A stretch of 61,481 nucleotides of DNA from Carcharhinus longimanus. Its lineage: Eukaryota. This document shows positions 1 through 11,769 of this stretch, in pieces. The stretch's first letter is position 1. The number at the start of each line of letters is the position of its first letter. A model generated the notes under the pieces. It made no database searches, was not told where the DNA came from, and saw only the letters and a program-made list of their open reading frames with translations. The position numbers were made by a program, and so were the translations under genes. Location of the stretch: assembly GCA_030264375.1 (NCBI GenBank), contig JASCQW010000081.1, positions 62,166,300-62,227,780 of the forward strand, in the 5' to 3' direction.

Positions 1-122
1 GATAGGTTTATGGATGGAAAGGGATTGGTTTAGGTTAGAGGGTCATTGCTTTTTTCTTAATTGGTCTACACAACATCGTGGGCCGAAGGGCCTGTTCTGC
101 GCTGTAATGTTCTATGTTCTAT
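1..122 (+). mobile_element. CR1-clade LINE 3' tail
   Basis: gggccgaagggcctgttctgcgctgtaatgttctatgttctat: CR1/HER1-type 3' stem-loop plus short tandem tail, as in other copies here. Confidence 0.75.
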
Positions 123-1539
123 CAAGTTTTTTTTTGGTTAGTATTCTGAAGACCTTTTTTTCAAACTATTTTCTTTTCCCTTTTTGAACACTGCTTGATG
201 AGTTGCAGTTCTACAAGTCTTGAGCACATTCTGTAAATAGCACAAAAGTCACATAATAACAGTGAATGTTTGTAGGCTAGTTAATCAGTACTGAGTCGAT
301 CCTGTCATTACACTAATCCATATGAATACTTCATGAGGAGTCAGTGGAATCAGGGATGCTACCCAATTATCCCTCTGAAGCAATGGATGAAGAGTCAAAT
401 TGTAGCAAACAACTATTTCCCTCATTAAACATTATTCTACTGGAAATCTTCATATTGTTTTAGAGTTCTGTTTGCTGTTATAGTACAGAATTGGAGATCA
501 TTCAGTCCCATGGAAGACAATCAAGGCTCCTCCAGTTCTGCAGGAGAGAATCAGTAATCCTCCAATACCTTGGTGAAAACTAAGTTGTGTGTTTGAGTCT
601 TGGTGTGTGGCTTGAACTTCCAATTTTTAATTTTTCAGTTGAGAATCTTACCAGCTGTGCCAAGCTGACAAGATTGCTGGGACAGATATAATCATGCTAA
701 AATAATCTGTATATTCCAACACTTTGTTGACGCAAGGAAGGAAGCATATTTTCAAGTTATTTGTAAGGGATATGATTGATAAAGTATGTGTGTTGTACAA
801 AAATGTTGGACGATGATATTGTGAAACCAATTTCTCATTATTGCTGCAATACTGTTTCACTCGCCAACTTCAAAACTGCATTTTGCTTATAACTGTAGCA
901 GCTGAACACATGGCAGCAGCTTTTGTTTGAAATAAGTTGGGTACTGGTTTGAATCTGTGGACAGACCTCAATTTTGTTACACAGGTCTTAGTTTTTTTGT
1001 TCCTCCACATTTCAGTAAATAGCTGCTTTTCGTAAGATTTAATAAACTGTCAAATAAATAAGTGTCTTAATGGATTTTTCTTGTAATACGAAATCCATTT
1101 CAGAAGCATCTTTAGTGTGTGAGCAATTAAAGGCCATCTGGCTCCTTTAGAAGCACATTACCAAATTCTCTTTTTGTCACAAAGATTTCCACAATTTCAA
1201 TGCATTAAAATATATCAGTTTCTGTTTTAACTTAACAGTTAACACTTACTATGTCAATTATTTTATAGTCCAGTGTATGCTTTACATGTTGCATGGCTCT
1301 TTAATCCCTAACCCATGNNNNNNNNNNNNNNNNNNNNNNNNNNNNNNNNNNNNNNNNNNNNNNNNNNNNNNNNNNNNNNNNNNNNNNNNNNNNNNNNNNN
1401 NNNNNNNNNNNNNNNNNNNNNNNNNNNNNNNNNNNNNNNNNNNNNNNNNNNNNNNNNNNNNNNNNNNNNNNNNNNNNNNNNNNNNNNNNNNNNNNNNNNN
1501 NNNNNNNNNNNNNNTGTTGTAAGGTAAATTCCTGCATGG

Positions 1540-1730
1540 AGAATGCACCAGTTTCTCCCCTGAAATTCCTCTACCAATCAGAATCAACTTGCCAACCAAT
1601 CAGCACATTCTTACCTTGCAGGATAAATTGTTGTTCCCTTTACATTGTCCTGATGAGTGCAAGGTGAAAACATTTGACAGTGTGTCAAATGTGTCTTTTT
1701 TCAGCAATGCTCAAGTTCTGCACTACCAAA
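1540..1730 (+). mobile_element. Decayed repeat terminus with hammerhead-like core (probably PLE-related)
   Basis: tgtc-CTGATGA-gtgcaaggt-GAAA-acattt-gaca at 1646-1679. Confidence 0.4.
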
Positions 1731-2448
1731 TAAATAAAAATGGCAATATCATGTCCCAATTAAATCATGGAACATATATCCTATTTTAACCACAGGCCTG
1801 GCTCAGAGACATATGTGGCCATATTTTTATCATTCCAATCAAGGCAAACAGAGGTGGAAAAAGAAATGTTGTCAAAGAGTGCAGCCTCCNNNNNNNNNNC
1901 TGAAGGATGAAAGATAGCCTCTTTCTGCACTATAGGGTTCTATGATTCTATGATTCCTGTACCCTCCTCTCACCCCCCCCTCCCCGCCCTGCCGCCCCCC
2001 TCCCCGGCCATTCTCACAAGGGCGGCAGGGAAAGGAGTAGACCTGGAACTCAGAAGCTCCTATGAAGAATGAAACTGACAATGATGTGGGCTAATTGAGA
2101 GCCAATCCAGGTAGCTTTTTTAGTCTTCATGGGGGAGACTTCAGCAGCCTCAGAAGGTATCAACCGTGGCTTGGAGTTGAGAAGAGTTTAAAAGATAAGT
2201 AAGATGGCTTTGTCTTCTTTGCAGTCCATTGTTAAATGTTGTCAAGTGAGTTTTGTCTGTATTCAGAAAGGTGAGTTATGACATGCTGTGATTGGAATAT
2301 GTAACTACCCTGTAAACAGTGTGTTTGCCAGATTGTTACTTCTGCCAACTGGCAAGTTGTCCAGCTAAAAAAAAAGCCCACATTGTGAACATGTAGAAGT
2401 TTTTAAATTAGTTTAAAGTATTTAGTGCAATGGATAAAAAGATAAGAT

Positions 2449-2657
2449 GAAATTTTCTGGCCCCTTTCACTGGTGGGATCTTCTGGTATCACTGAAGATG
2501 ACCATCCCATAATGGATTCCTTGGTTGCAGGTTGGGTGAGCCATACAAAATCCTTTAGACCTTGGCAAGACTGTGAGATTCCAAAACTGGGTGGACAGTG
2601 GTTCGCTACATCCGCTGCAGGAAATCCTGCCATGGAGGGCCCAGAAAAACCAGCCCA
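2449..2657. mobile_element. MITE-like element
   Basis: Ends attttctggccc / gggcccagaaaa. Internal sequence resembles the copy at 33016-33195 (gatcttctgg, ccatacaaa, tagaccttggc). Confidence 0.6.
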
Positions 2658-2737
2658 TACAGCACACTTCACACTATCGAAAATGTAACCTAGAATGATA
2701 ATCAAATTTAAAATGTTTCATCTTTCCCCCTCCAAAC

Positions 2738-3050
2738 TTCTGTTGAGATAATAGTTCTAAAGTCTACCTGTTTACTCTGGGAATTTTATGAGCTCTTGGC
2801 TGCAATCCAACTGCCTAATTGTTTTATAAGAGCTTTGCATTGTTTTAACAGCCACTTTGAAGAGTATGTGTTCAGTCCAGACATTCGTTGAGATAGCAGT
2901 TCTGAAATTTGTCTGTTTACTCGGGGAGTCTTATGAGCTCTTAGCTGCACCCAACTGCCTGAAGATTTTATAAGTGATTTGCATCATTTATATAGTTGCT
3001 CTGAAGTTTTTGTTTATTTACCTCAGAGTTTTATGGGCTATTCAATGGCT
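2738..3050. repeat. Diverged tandem duplication, ~145-bp unit (2 copies plus partial)
   Basis: gttgagata..gttct..ctgtttactc..ttatgagctctt.gctgca..caactgcct..ttttataag..tttgcat recurs at ~2743 and ~2887. Confidence 0.75.
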
Positions 3051-5034
3051 TTGAACTTTTATAATAGGACTGTCATTTCCATTGATAAAATGGATAACAG
3101 GGTGCAGGAAGGGCATGAGGGTTATGAAAGGCGAGGTGTATGATGGTCGTGAAAGGTTTCGGTGTTACGAGTATGAAGGGTGAGGGGATAAGAGAGTGAA
3201 GGTTTGAGGCTGTGATGGAATTGGATAAGGAGATATTTAGAGGGGTCAGGTGGTTCAACTGTATATAGTTAAGTTGTTGATTGTCTCAAAAGCACCAAGC
3301 TTCTATTTTTTTGGGAATGGAGGCCAGCCTTTTAATCTGTCCACTTTGGACTCGTCCTAAGTAGCCTGGAGGCAGGATCTGAACTCCGGAAGTTTCTGCT
3401 TGCTGGCAGCCTTGAGAGAGGAGGTGGGATCATGAAGGCAGGATTAATCCTGTCTCCCGATTCTCACCCATGACATGAAAATTTTGTCCCTTGTTTCAAA
3501 TTGCTAGCATCCTTCCAACAGGATGCTCAAAAATGTGCAACTTTTTTATTATTTCCTTGTGAACCAAAGGAACAGAAGTCACATTCTTTTTCCCATGAGG
3601 ATACCTTGTACCTCCTCTACCTCGTCCGTCAACTACACCATCACCCTCCAGCTCCTGGTCAGTAATTCTGGATTGAGTTTATTCCCACTATCATTACTTT
3701 TGTATTTTCCTGCAATCAGCAGTAGCAGCCTGATCTATCGAACCAACCACACACCTTCTGCTCCACGAATTTAATGTCCACACACACACTGCCCATGACA
3801 TTATTCTTGTAGGAATCAATGTTGAGATATGCTAACCAGAAAGTTAAAATCTCATAGATCGAATGTTCTGGAGACATTTCACTGGCTGCTATAGCCCCCA
3901 GTCAAGATGCCTGTGCTAAAAATGAGGCTTTACTTTGCTCAACCCAACTGGCGTACACCAATTCATTTAGAACATGAACCAGTCTAACCTAGCCTCCTTT
4001 GCACCATTCCCTTCAACCAAGACCTGGGCAAAACTTCCCAAAAAGACGATGCACAAGGTTAATTCTGAAAATGAATGGGTGGAAAGATTGCATGTTGCAC
4101 TGTCTGTGATTTCTCAAAATGTGTTCTGTATCAGCACTGACATCAACATTGGAAGGGCCAGCTCACTGAATGCTCCTAATGTTCCTTCAATACTTCTCAA
4201 TTGCCCAGTCACGTAGCTGCTATTAAACAATAAGATTCACATGCCCAGCTGTGGATTGCAGTATCGTAGGAGGGGAAGATTGAATGCCCAACAGAAAAAA
4301 CTATACTCATTTAGACCCGTAGCAACAATTACCTGCTCCCTCCTCTAGAATAGCTTGAAATACTAAACAGATGAAGTGCGAGATTTGAATCTAGTTAAAA
4401 TATTTATGCATCTGCCTGGTCAAACTGTGTCATTTTGTGTGCTGCACAAAAATAAGAAATTGACACAATTAAGTTTAAAAAAAAAAGCAGCTCATTTTAT
4501 CAAAGCATATGCATGCCCCAGTGAGATGAACTATTGCTTTATGTAAAACAACGTGGCTAACTTAACACAAGCTCCGGCTGCTGATTGAGATGACTAGCGA
4601 TACGCCTGACGGTTAACAGCTGGACTGCTAATCATAGTTATTTGGTTGATGATCTGTCAGCCTGTCAGTTAATTATCTTGAATCTCTGAAATATGAATTA
4701 TAGTAAATGGCACATTTTGTCCATCTTTATTTTTGAATTACTGTGGTCTAAGCCTTCAGAAAATGAAGAGAAAAAATCTAGGGCTGGATCTGCAGTAATA
4801 CAATGCAGTAAAGCATCAGACAAGCTCTTGCATTGCTACACTTTAATCCATGTAAAGGTTTCATTAGAAAGTACCACAGTTAACCTAATGAAATTTATTC
4901 TTGGCCCTTTGGGCATTATATATCTATAAAGTATTCACCAAATGATACCACTTAATCCAGTTTATCCTCTTAAAAAGATTTAATTTTGATATTAAAAATA
5001 GTCAAATATAGGTATATTGTAGGAGAGATCCTCC

Positions 5035-5160
5035 ACGGGATTTTCCGTCCTTGCTCGCCTCAATGCTGGAAAATCCCACCCCGAGGTCAACAAACCTTTG
5101 CATGGTCCGTGCCCCGTCGACTACAATTCCTGTGGTGGGTGAGATGAGAAAGTTCTGCCC
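5035..5160. mobile_element. MITE-like element (~125 bp)
   Basis: Shares gctggaaa..ccgaggtcaa..tttgcatg.tcc..actacaattcc with 10507-10626; imperfect inverted ends. Confidence 0.6.
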
Positions 5161-5430
5161 GCTCTTGCTTATCTTTCATTGTAGTCGCCAAAAAAAAATT
5201 ATGATTGTGCAGAAGTAAAAGACATCACTAAATTAAAGTCTGAAGGAGCCCAGTAATCTAGTGATGATAATTCATTAACCTAAATTTACCCTCATTCTGA
5301 TTCTACTTAAACCATCATTGTCTCTAATTAGACTCAGTAAAAGCAATGCATCTGGGCAAGTGCAGAAAAGTCTGTAGGATAATGTTGGGACCATATGTAT
5401 TGAACAGTCTCATCTCTTGTGCTCATATAG

Positions 5431-5559
5431 ATGAAAATCACAGAGGATGATCTGTGGATCAGGACATATGGGCGGCTTTATCAGAAGCTTTGCTCTTCAT
5501 CAGGCGACATTCCCATTGGTCTTTATCGGACAGAGTCACAAAAGCTCACAACATCAGAG
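5431..5559 (+). CDS. KCNT2: Internal coding exon of sodium-activated potassium channel Slo2.1/Slick (C-terminal cytoplasmic region)
   Basis: Acceptor catctcttgtgctcatatag, 129 nt, donor GAG|gtaagt, phase 0/0. Translates [43 protein letters not shown], near-identical to recalled human KCNT2 [43 protein letters not shown]. The end [11 protein letters not shown] separates it from KCNT1 (RTESHVFSTSE). Confidence 0.93.
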
Positions 5560-5758
5560 GTAAGTGCATCTACTAATTGGTAAACATACTAATAATTGAA
5601 AGCACCTGTTTATTCAGATTGAAAGTATACAGTAATGCTTCTGATGTAGTTTTATGAAATCGTTCAATTCAAATTGTTTTCATTTTGACTCCAGCAGATG
5701 AATTTAAACGAACAGGAATATATTACAACTATTTGTTTTCCTTTGGCTTTTTCAATGT

Positions 5759-6214
5759 GCGGAAAAGATTTACCAGGATGCTACCGGGACTTGATGGTTC
5801 AAGTTATAAGGAGAGGCTGGATAGACTGGGACATTTTTCCCCTGGAGCGTAGGAGGCTTAATGGTGATCTTATAGAGGTCTGTAAAATAATGAGGGGCGC
5901 AGATAAGGGGAGTCTAAAACTAGAGGGCATAGGTTTAAGATGAGAGGGGAGAGATACAAAAGAGTCAAAAGGGGCAATGTTTTCAATCAGAGAATGATGA
6001 GCATCTGGATTGAGCTGCCAGTGGCAGTAGCAGAAGCAAGTACAATTTTGTCTTGAAAAAGCATTTGAAGAGTAACATGGATAAGATGGGTGTTGAGGGA
6101 TATGGACCAAATGCAGGCAATTGGGACTAGCTTAGTAGTAAAAATTGTGCGGCATGGACAAGTTGGGCCAAAGGGCCTGTTTGCATGCTGTAAACCTCTA
6201 TGACTATGATTCTA
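5759..6214 (+). mobile_element. CR1 LINE 3' fragment
   Basis: RFTRMLPGL..ERLDRLG..LERRRLNGDLIEVCKIM remnant and tail gggccaaagggcctgtttgcatgctgtaaacctctatgactatg. Confidence 0.9.
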
Positions 6215-7189
6215 ATCTTTGAATACAGTTTCAGCAACAACTCAGCAATCTTTGGCAGCATAATCATATGAGATAACTGAAGAACAGTTCTGAATTTAAA
6301 ATTTAAAATAAAGGCAACATTTTGTGTTTCTGTATTCAGTTTTAGCATCTGTTTTTATTTACTTGAAAGAGATTCATTGGGAAATATTTTATATGAAGGC
6401 AATTAGGGCTCTTAGAACCCCATGTCACCCTTTTAGGGAAGGTCTGCCATCATAATTAAGGGCCTCAAGGTAGAAGGTCTGCCATCATAAGCTGCGTTTT
6501 AAACAGCAGCTCCACCAGGGAGGCTGTGGCTGTTGCTAGCAATACATCAATGTAAGGCCCAGTCTTGGTGAATAAAGATGGAGGTGGGTTTGTAGAGGAG
6601 GGCAGTATAGGGCATTTGACAGCAAGGACAATAAGGTGGTTCTTAGTGGGTCCCCTTTCCAATGTCAAATCTCTCAATCAGGGACTTAGCACCTTTGAAT
6701 GAGGGACCACCTGGGAGCTGGCAAGTAACCCTGCAACGGTTTGCTTTATGCACCCTTGACGTGCTGAACACCCCCACGTCCCCAGGGCAGAGACAGGAAA
6801 GCAATAGTGTCTTCGCTCACCAACCAAATGTCCCAAAAACCAAACACAGGGGAGGTCACTAAATCCTGTCCACTGCTTACAAATGGTATCCATCTTATTT
6901 ACTGTTGAAATTGGATTGCAGTAAAATCCAGATGGATTTTGCATTTCACAGAAAATATAACAAACAGGATTAATATTTTACATCAGCTCATCTAAGCAAA
7001 AATTATCCAGAGGCTTGAGCATACATAGTAATTTCTTGAAGATTTTGTTAGCAGCTTAGCAGCAGTAAAGGAAAGGCAATTAGGAAATTGATTTTTCTTC
7101 TGGCATTAACCAGTGGGACTTGGAAACATTTTAGAAAAACATAACTGGATATTGGTTAAATTAAAAGACATAACCAAACACCACACATG

Positions 7190-7950
7190 AAGTAGTGGGA
7201 CATTTGAAGGTACATCTACCTAGATCATTGGAGATTTATGCAACTCCTTACAACACACCACTCTTCCTGTTGGCTATATGCATTTCCTATGATCATCAAA
7301 TTGACTATGGCTTTTATTTTTTGGAGTCAAACTTAGTACAGGATGCAGCAGGTGACAGCAATCACATAAATTGATCATCTGTCCATTTCTATATCAAGAA
7401 GGTCACCATCTTCATTTCCAGGGACAATTACATTAGTCTTGACGTATGCTAGTAGTCAGCGGACAAGGGCTGCAAGATTTCCTGCAATCGCACTCTTACG
7501 CAGGTTTTTGTTGACTATAAATGCATAATCATGAAGACACCTCTCAATCAGCCTGCAACCTTCATGAATAGGAAAAACTGCAACTCTATCAATGTCCAAC
7601 TGGTGAGAGATCATCTTGAATCATTCAGGTTTCTACCAGGTTCCCTGACAGCTGTCACAATACATTTGTAATGTACTGGTACAATTTTCCATTTCTTCAT
7701 CAAGCTCAGGACTCGGACGTTGGCTGCAAGGGAAATAGAAGCACCCTCTGCACAAATGGCACAAATCTCTGTCATGTGACCTATGCCCAATTGCCACACA
7801 ATTGAGTGCAAAGGGAATGCTGTAGCCATCATGGAACACACCTCTTGGCTGCTTAAACAATGTTCTTGTTTGCTAGACAGATCTGGGGTTGTAGTGCGGT
7901 ACAACCTACAGACTGTAGCCCACGTTATGGTGCCCTGCTGAATTCTGCAA
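7190..7950 (+). pseudogene. Decayed PIF/Harbinger (HARBI1-like) DDE transposase
   Basis: Plus-strand motifs in canonical order with stops and frameshifts: GDLCNSLQ, IKLTMAF, QDAAGD..SSVHFYIKKVT, FMNRKNCNSINVQLVRDH (7561-7614), IMEHTSWLLKQCSCLLDRSG..YNLQTVAHVMVPC*IL. Confidence 0.85.
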
Positions 7951-8939
7951 TGGGGGTCAGGATTTAGACCCTGCAGCAGATCTTCCCCAATCTTTTGATG
8001 AAGATCCCAATAAGAGCAAGGAAGTGAGAAAGCCAGAGTGTCAGTTTGCAACCCGAGTTGTTTTCCCTCAGCTAATCTTCGTTCACCTCTATTCTCATCC
8101 TCACGCAAGCACTCCTCAGTAACATCTCTGCCAATTTTTTCATCTTGCGAAAGATGACTCCTGACTTCTGGTACACTTTCTATACCTGCCATTTCTGCAC
8201 ATTGTAGCCAAAGCTGCAAAGTCACAAGCTTATTTTTAATGACTGTTAAACGAGCCATGGCTATTTACAGTGGCTCTGCAAGTCTTGGGTGGAATGGGAA
8301 TGACTGGGCAATTTCTCCATCAGTCATGCTGCAATGAACTGAGATTAAATTTGAAGACATCATTTATATGAGGCAACTATCCTGCATTCACTGCATTTTG
8401 CTGCAGAAATGATAATGCTATTCCTGGGAGAATTGCTGTAGTTTCAGTCATGAGATTACAAAGCATTTATTAATATTTTAGACAACAAATCTGCTGAAAC
8501 CAGGCTGGCATATGAATAATAAACAGCTGAGAGCTGGATTTTAATGTTCAGAGTGCTGGGATTTGATTCTGTACTCAGAAAACTCTGCTATGGTTTTGAT
8601 CATATGCTCAGAGAGACTCTCGAGTCCCATCCCACGTAATCTTCAACTCGTTGACTGACAGTGTTGTCAATGCTCATACCCCTTTAAATACTGTTCATCT
8701 GTAATACCCTTCAGTTTTGCAATAAAGATCACACCCGACCTATTAATTCTTGTATTATCTTTTGTTCTCATTACAGATGCTGCCTGACTTGTGTTTTCAG
8801 CATTTCTTGTTTTTCCAATAGTTAACATTTGCAGTTTTTGCTTTCTTCTCATTCTGTCATCTTGTGTGCATGGGACACCCTGTTGCAATAATTTCTCCCA
8901 CTTTATATTGAGATGCCCCCAGCTGATAAACAGTTTCAC

Positions 8940-9095
8940 CTCACAGAAACGTAGAACCCCTACAGTGCAGAAGGAGACCAGTCGACCCATCAAGCCCGCA
9001 CCGAAAACAATCCCACCTAGACCCTAAACCTATAACCCCTGCTAGTTCCCCTGACACACGGGCAAATTTACCAAGGCATTCAACCTAACCTGCAT
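8940..9095 (-). mobile_element. HE1-type SINE 3' fragment
   Basis: Reverse complement matches the 3' half of the full copy at 37017-37348 (ggtgggattgt..cggtgc). Confidence 0.7.
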
Positions 9096-9749
9096 CACTT
9101 GATGTATACTTCTGTGTAAGGACACAGTTCTTGTTAATCTGATGATATAAATACAGAAAGCTAGGAGAAACTAACATTTTGTATTGAGATGAATTTGCTG
9201 CAAGACTGACTATATTTGGGTTACTAATCCAGCAATTAGTTTTGTTTTGTTTTTGCTTTATGTTGTTTGTTTGTGCAGAAAAATGGGATTAGATGGATAA
9301 ATGTGTGACGGTTGGCATAGGCAGGATGGGCCAAAGGGCCTCTTTCTGTGCTGTAAAAAGTCCATGAATATGAATTGCAATGTAGGGAAAAGGTGTGTCT
9401 GTCTATAATTTATGGGCACTTTTAGCTGCATTTATGTGCACATATTTCATATTCTGCACAGGCTATTGACAGATTTAACTGCTGCTTTTTGCTCTTGAAA
9501 GCAATTTTGCAGCCCTCGCTTTTGCAGCTCTGCCATTTATGGCCTACCTGCCAAACCTGGTTGGGCATTTTGGGTACTGGCCATCAGATAAATGTATTGA
9601 ACTGCAAATTATAGTACTAGGTGATATTGGGGAAATGCAAGAGAGGATAACAATTCAATCAGCAGAGATGATGCACATTAATCCAGTACTTCCAAGCTGA
9701 GAAATAAGTGAATGTTTATACAGTAAAGACCAATGGTCCAATATTCATT

Positions 9750-10130
9750 CATTGATCAAGAATGACTTAACTAATTGAATTTTTTGATGTAGTAACAGAG
9801 GGATCTGAAGGAGGAAATTAAATGGATATTGTCTGTATGGATTTCAACAAATAGCTACTGACAAAATGCCATATAAAAGACTGATTAACAAAATTAAGAC
9901 TCGAGGGGGAAGTCCAGGGTCAGCATGTCACTGTAAATGGTTACTTTTTGAGCTTTCCGTAAAGTTCTGTGCTAGGGTCACTGCTGCTTTTGATATATAC
10001 AAATGACTTGGATATTGGGATACAGAACTTGGAATACAAAATTTGCCGATTGTGCCAAACATAAGAGGTGTGAACAACAATGAGGATGATACAAATTGAA
10101 TGCAACAGGGTTCCAGATATCTTGCACAGA
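9750..10130 (+). mobile_element. Old CR1 reverse-transcriptase fragment
   Basis: Decayed DIVCMDF..K, DKMPYKRLINKI, SVLGSLLLLIYTNDL and KFAD motifs. Confidence 0.7.
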
Positions 10131-10212
10131 CTTGTCCAACCTTATTGCTCAGGGGAGGTGGGAGATAAATGACTAATTCTCACACCCAAACACAGTCACT
10201 TAGTCCCATGTG

Positions 10213-10506
10213 TGCGCACACACACACAATCTCACACGCACATACACACGCACTCTCTCACTCACTTTCTCTCGTGTTCTCTCTCTCTCTCGTGTTCTCT
10301 CTCTCCCTCTCTCGTGTGCGCTCTCCCTCTCTCGTGTGCGCTCTCCCTCTCTCGTGTGCGCTCTCCCTCTCTCGTGTGCGCTCTGACCCGCTGTCGTGTG
10401 CGCTCTGACCCGCTGTCGTGTGCGCTCTGACCCGCTGTCGTGTGCGCTCTGACCCGCTCTCACATACACATACATGCACTCCACCTCGCTCTCACACACA
10501 CACACA
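10213..10506. repeat. Compound micro/minisatellite: (CA)/(CT) tracts, 20-bp unit ctctccctctctcgtgtgcg and 22-bp unit ctctgacccgctgtcgtgtgcg
   Basis: About 4 copies of the 20-mer (10301-10380) followed by 3 full copies of the 22-mer (10381-10446). Confidence 0.9.
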
Positions 10507-10626
10507 GCAGGATTTTCAAGCCACCCCCAGGCTGGAAATTCCCTTCCGAGGTCAAAGGACTTTTGCATGTTCCACCTCCACCCACTACAATTCCCATGGC
10601 GGGCAGGATGGGAAAATTCCACCCCC
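10507..10626. mobile_element. MITE-like element (~120 bp)
   Basis: Ends gcaggattttc / gaaaattccacc; homologous to 5035-5160. Confidence 0.6.
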
Positions 10627-10662
10627 CACTCTCTCTCAAAAACACACCCTGTCACACACATT

Positions 10663-11545
10663 GGGCAGAATTCTCCCAAAGAAATTCTAAGTGTTAAATT
10701 TGTGAGAAAACTGGAGTAATTCAGGCTGGTTTTTTTTTCAGTGGGATTTCAGACAAGCGTCTCCCACACCCTGTGCAATACAGGGGCCGCCAACGTAAAT
10801 ATCATTAGATTTCGGGCGGGGCCTATTCCCGCCCGGGAGGCTGGAACCAGCAGGCCTCTATGCACACACAGTGGCCCTGTACTGTCAGCCCGGTGTTCCT
10901 GCTGGTTTCCAGTGCAGATCTGATGGTGCCAGAAATCTGGGGCTGGCGCGGCGGGAATGTATGTGCAAATCCTGCACATACCTGGCTGCGAGGTTGTCCC
11001 AACCCGCTGTGCTAGAAAACTACCGTGGTGGGGTGGGAGAATCACCCCCTTGATCTCTCTCACACTTGAAATCAGCGCGGAGCTGATTTAAATATTAAAA
11101 TCTGGATTTGAATCATTTTTGCGAGTCCGGGATTGAAATCTCCAAATCTGGTAGCTTCCCCCCCACCCCAATGGCCCTTTGACAGGGGTGTCTCACTTGG
11201 TGCTGGCCCAGAGAGATCCTGGTAGCCATCAAACAGCGTGGGGTGATTGGAGGGGCAGCGATGTGCGATTGCGATACTGGCCAGTGATTGGGAGACCAGA
11301 CCAGTATGCGCTGATCATGGCTCTGACATATTGGAACATGCGCAATGGCCCACGCAACACTACTCTGCTGGCCTCTCCTACAGGAATAGCCTCCCGCAGA
11401 TTTTCAGCATGATTCACGCTGAGGCATTCTGCAGTGCTCAAGAGTGTGGGAGATTCATTTTGAAACTCCTGTTGAAAAAACCAGTGGGAGTTGCTCCCGT
11501 TTTTACAAAAATTCAGCACTTACTTTTTTTGGGAGAATCGCACCC
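10663..11545. mobile_element. Non-autonomous DNA transposon with ~110-bp imperfect TIRs (probably Harbinger-derived)
   Basis: Left end gggcagaattctcccaaagaaattctaagtgttaaattt..ctggtttttt..tctcccacac matches the reverse complement of the right end gtgtgggaga..aaaaaaccag..aaattcagcactta..tttgggagaatcgcaccc. No coding capacity. Confidence 0.8.
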
Positions 11546-11599
11546 TTGATCTCCCGCATACACTCTGTCTGTCTCCCGCTCCCTCACACAAGCACGTTC

Positions 11600-11604
11600 T
11601 ATCT

Positions 11605-11650
<46 letters not shown>

Positions 11651-11768
11651 CTCTTGCACACATGCTCTCTCTCTTGCACCTACCAGTCGCATACGCGCGC
11701 GCTCCCTGTCAAACTCGCGCGCGCTCCCTGTCAAACTCGCGCGCGCTCCCCCTTTTTCTCTCTCTCAT
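11600..11768. repeat. (CG)n(CA)n microsatellite and 22-bp tandem cgcgcgcgctccctgtcaaact
   Basis: Directly visible. Confidence 0.9.
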
Positions 11769-11769
11769 A

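Noticed and set aside
2225-2245. 21-nt exon-like unit ttctttgcag|TCCATTGTTAAATGTTGTCAA|gtgagt (SIVKCCQ)
   Set aside because: Good splice signals, but it lies upstream of the exon where no KCNT insert is known to me, within repeat-like sequence, and has no peptide similarity.
10169-10719. Cluster of overlapping ORFs with repeated peptides; CRISPR-like periodicity
   Set aside because: Translations of head-to-tail minisatellites with no unique spacers, in a eukaryotic context.
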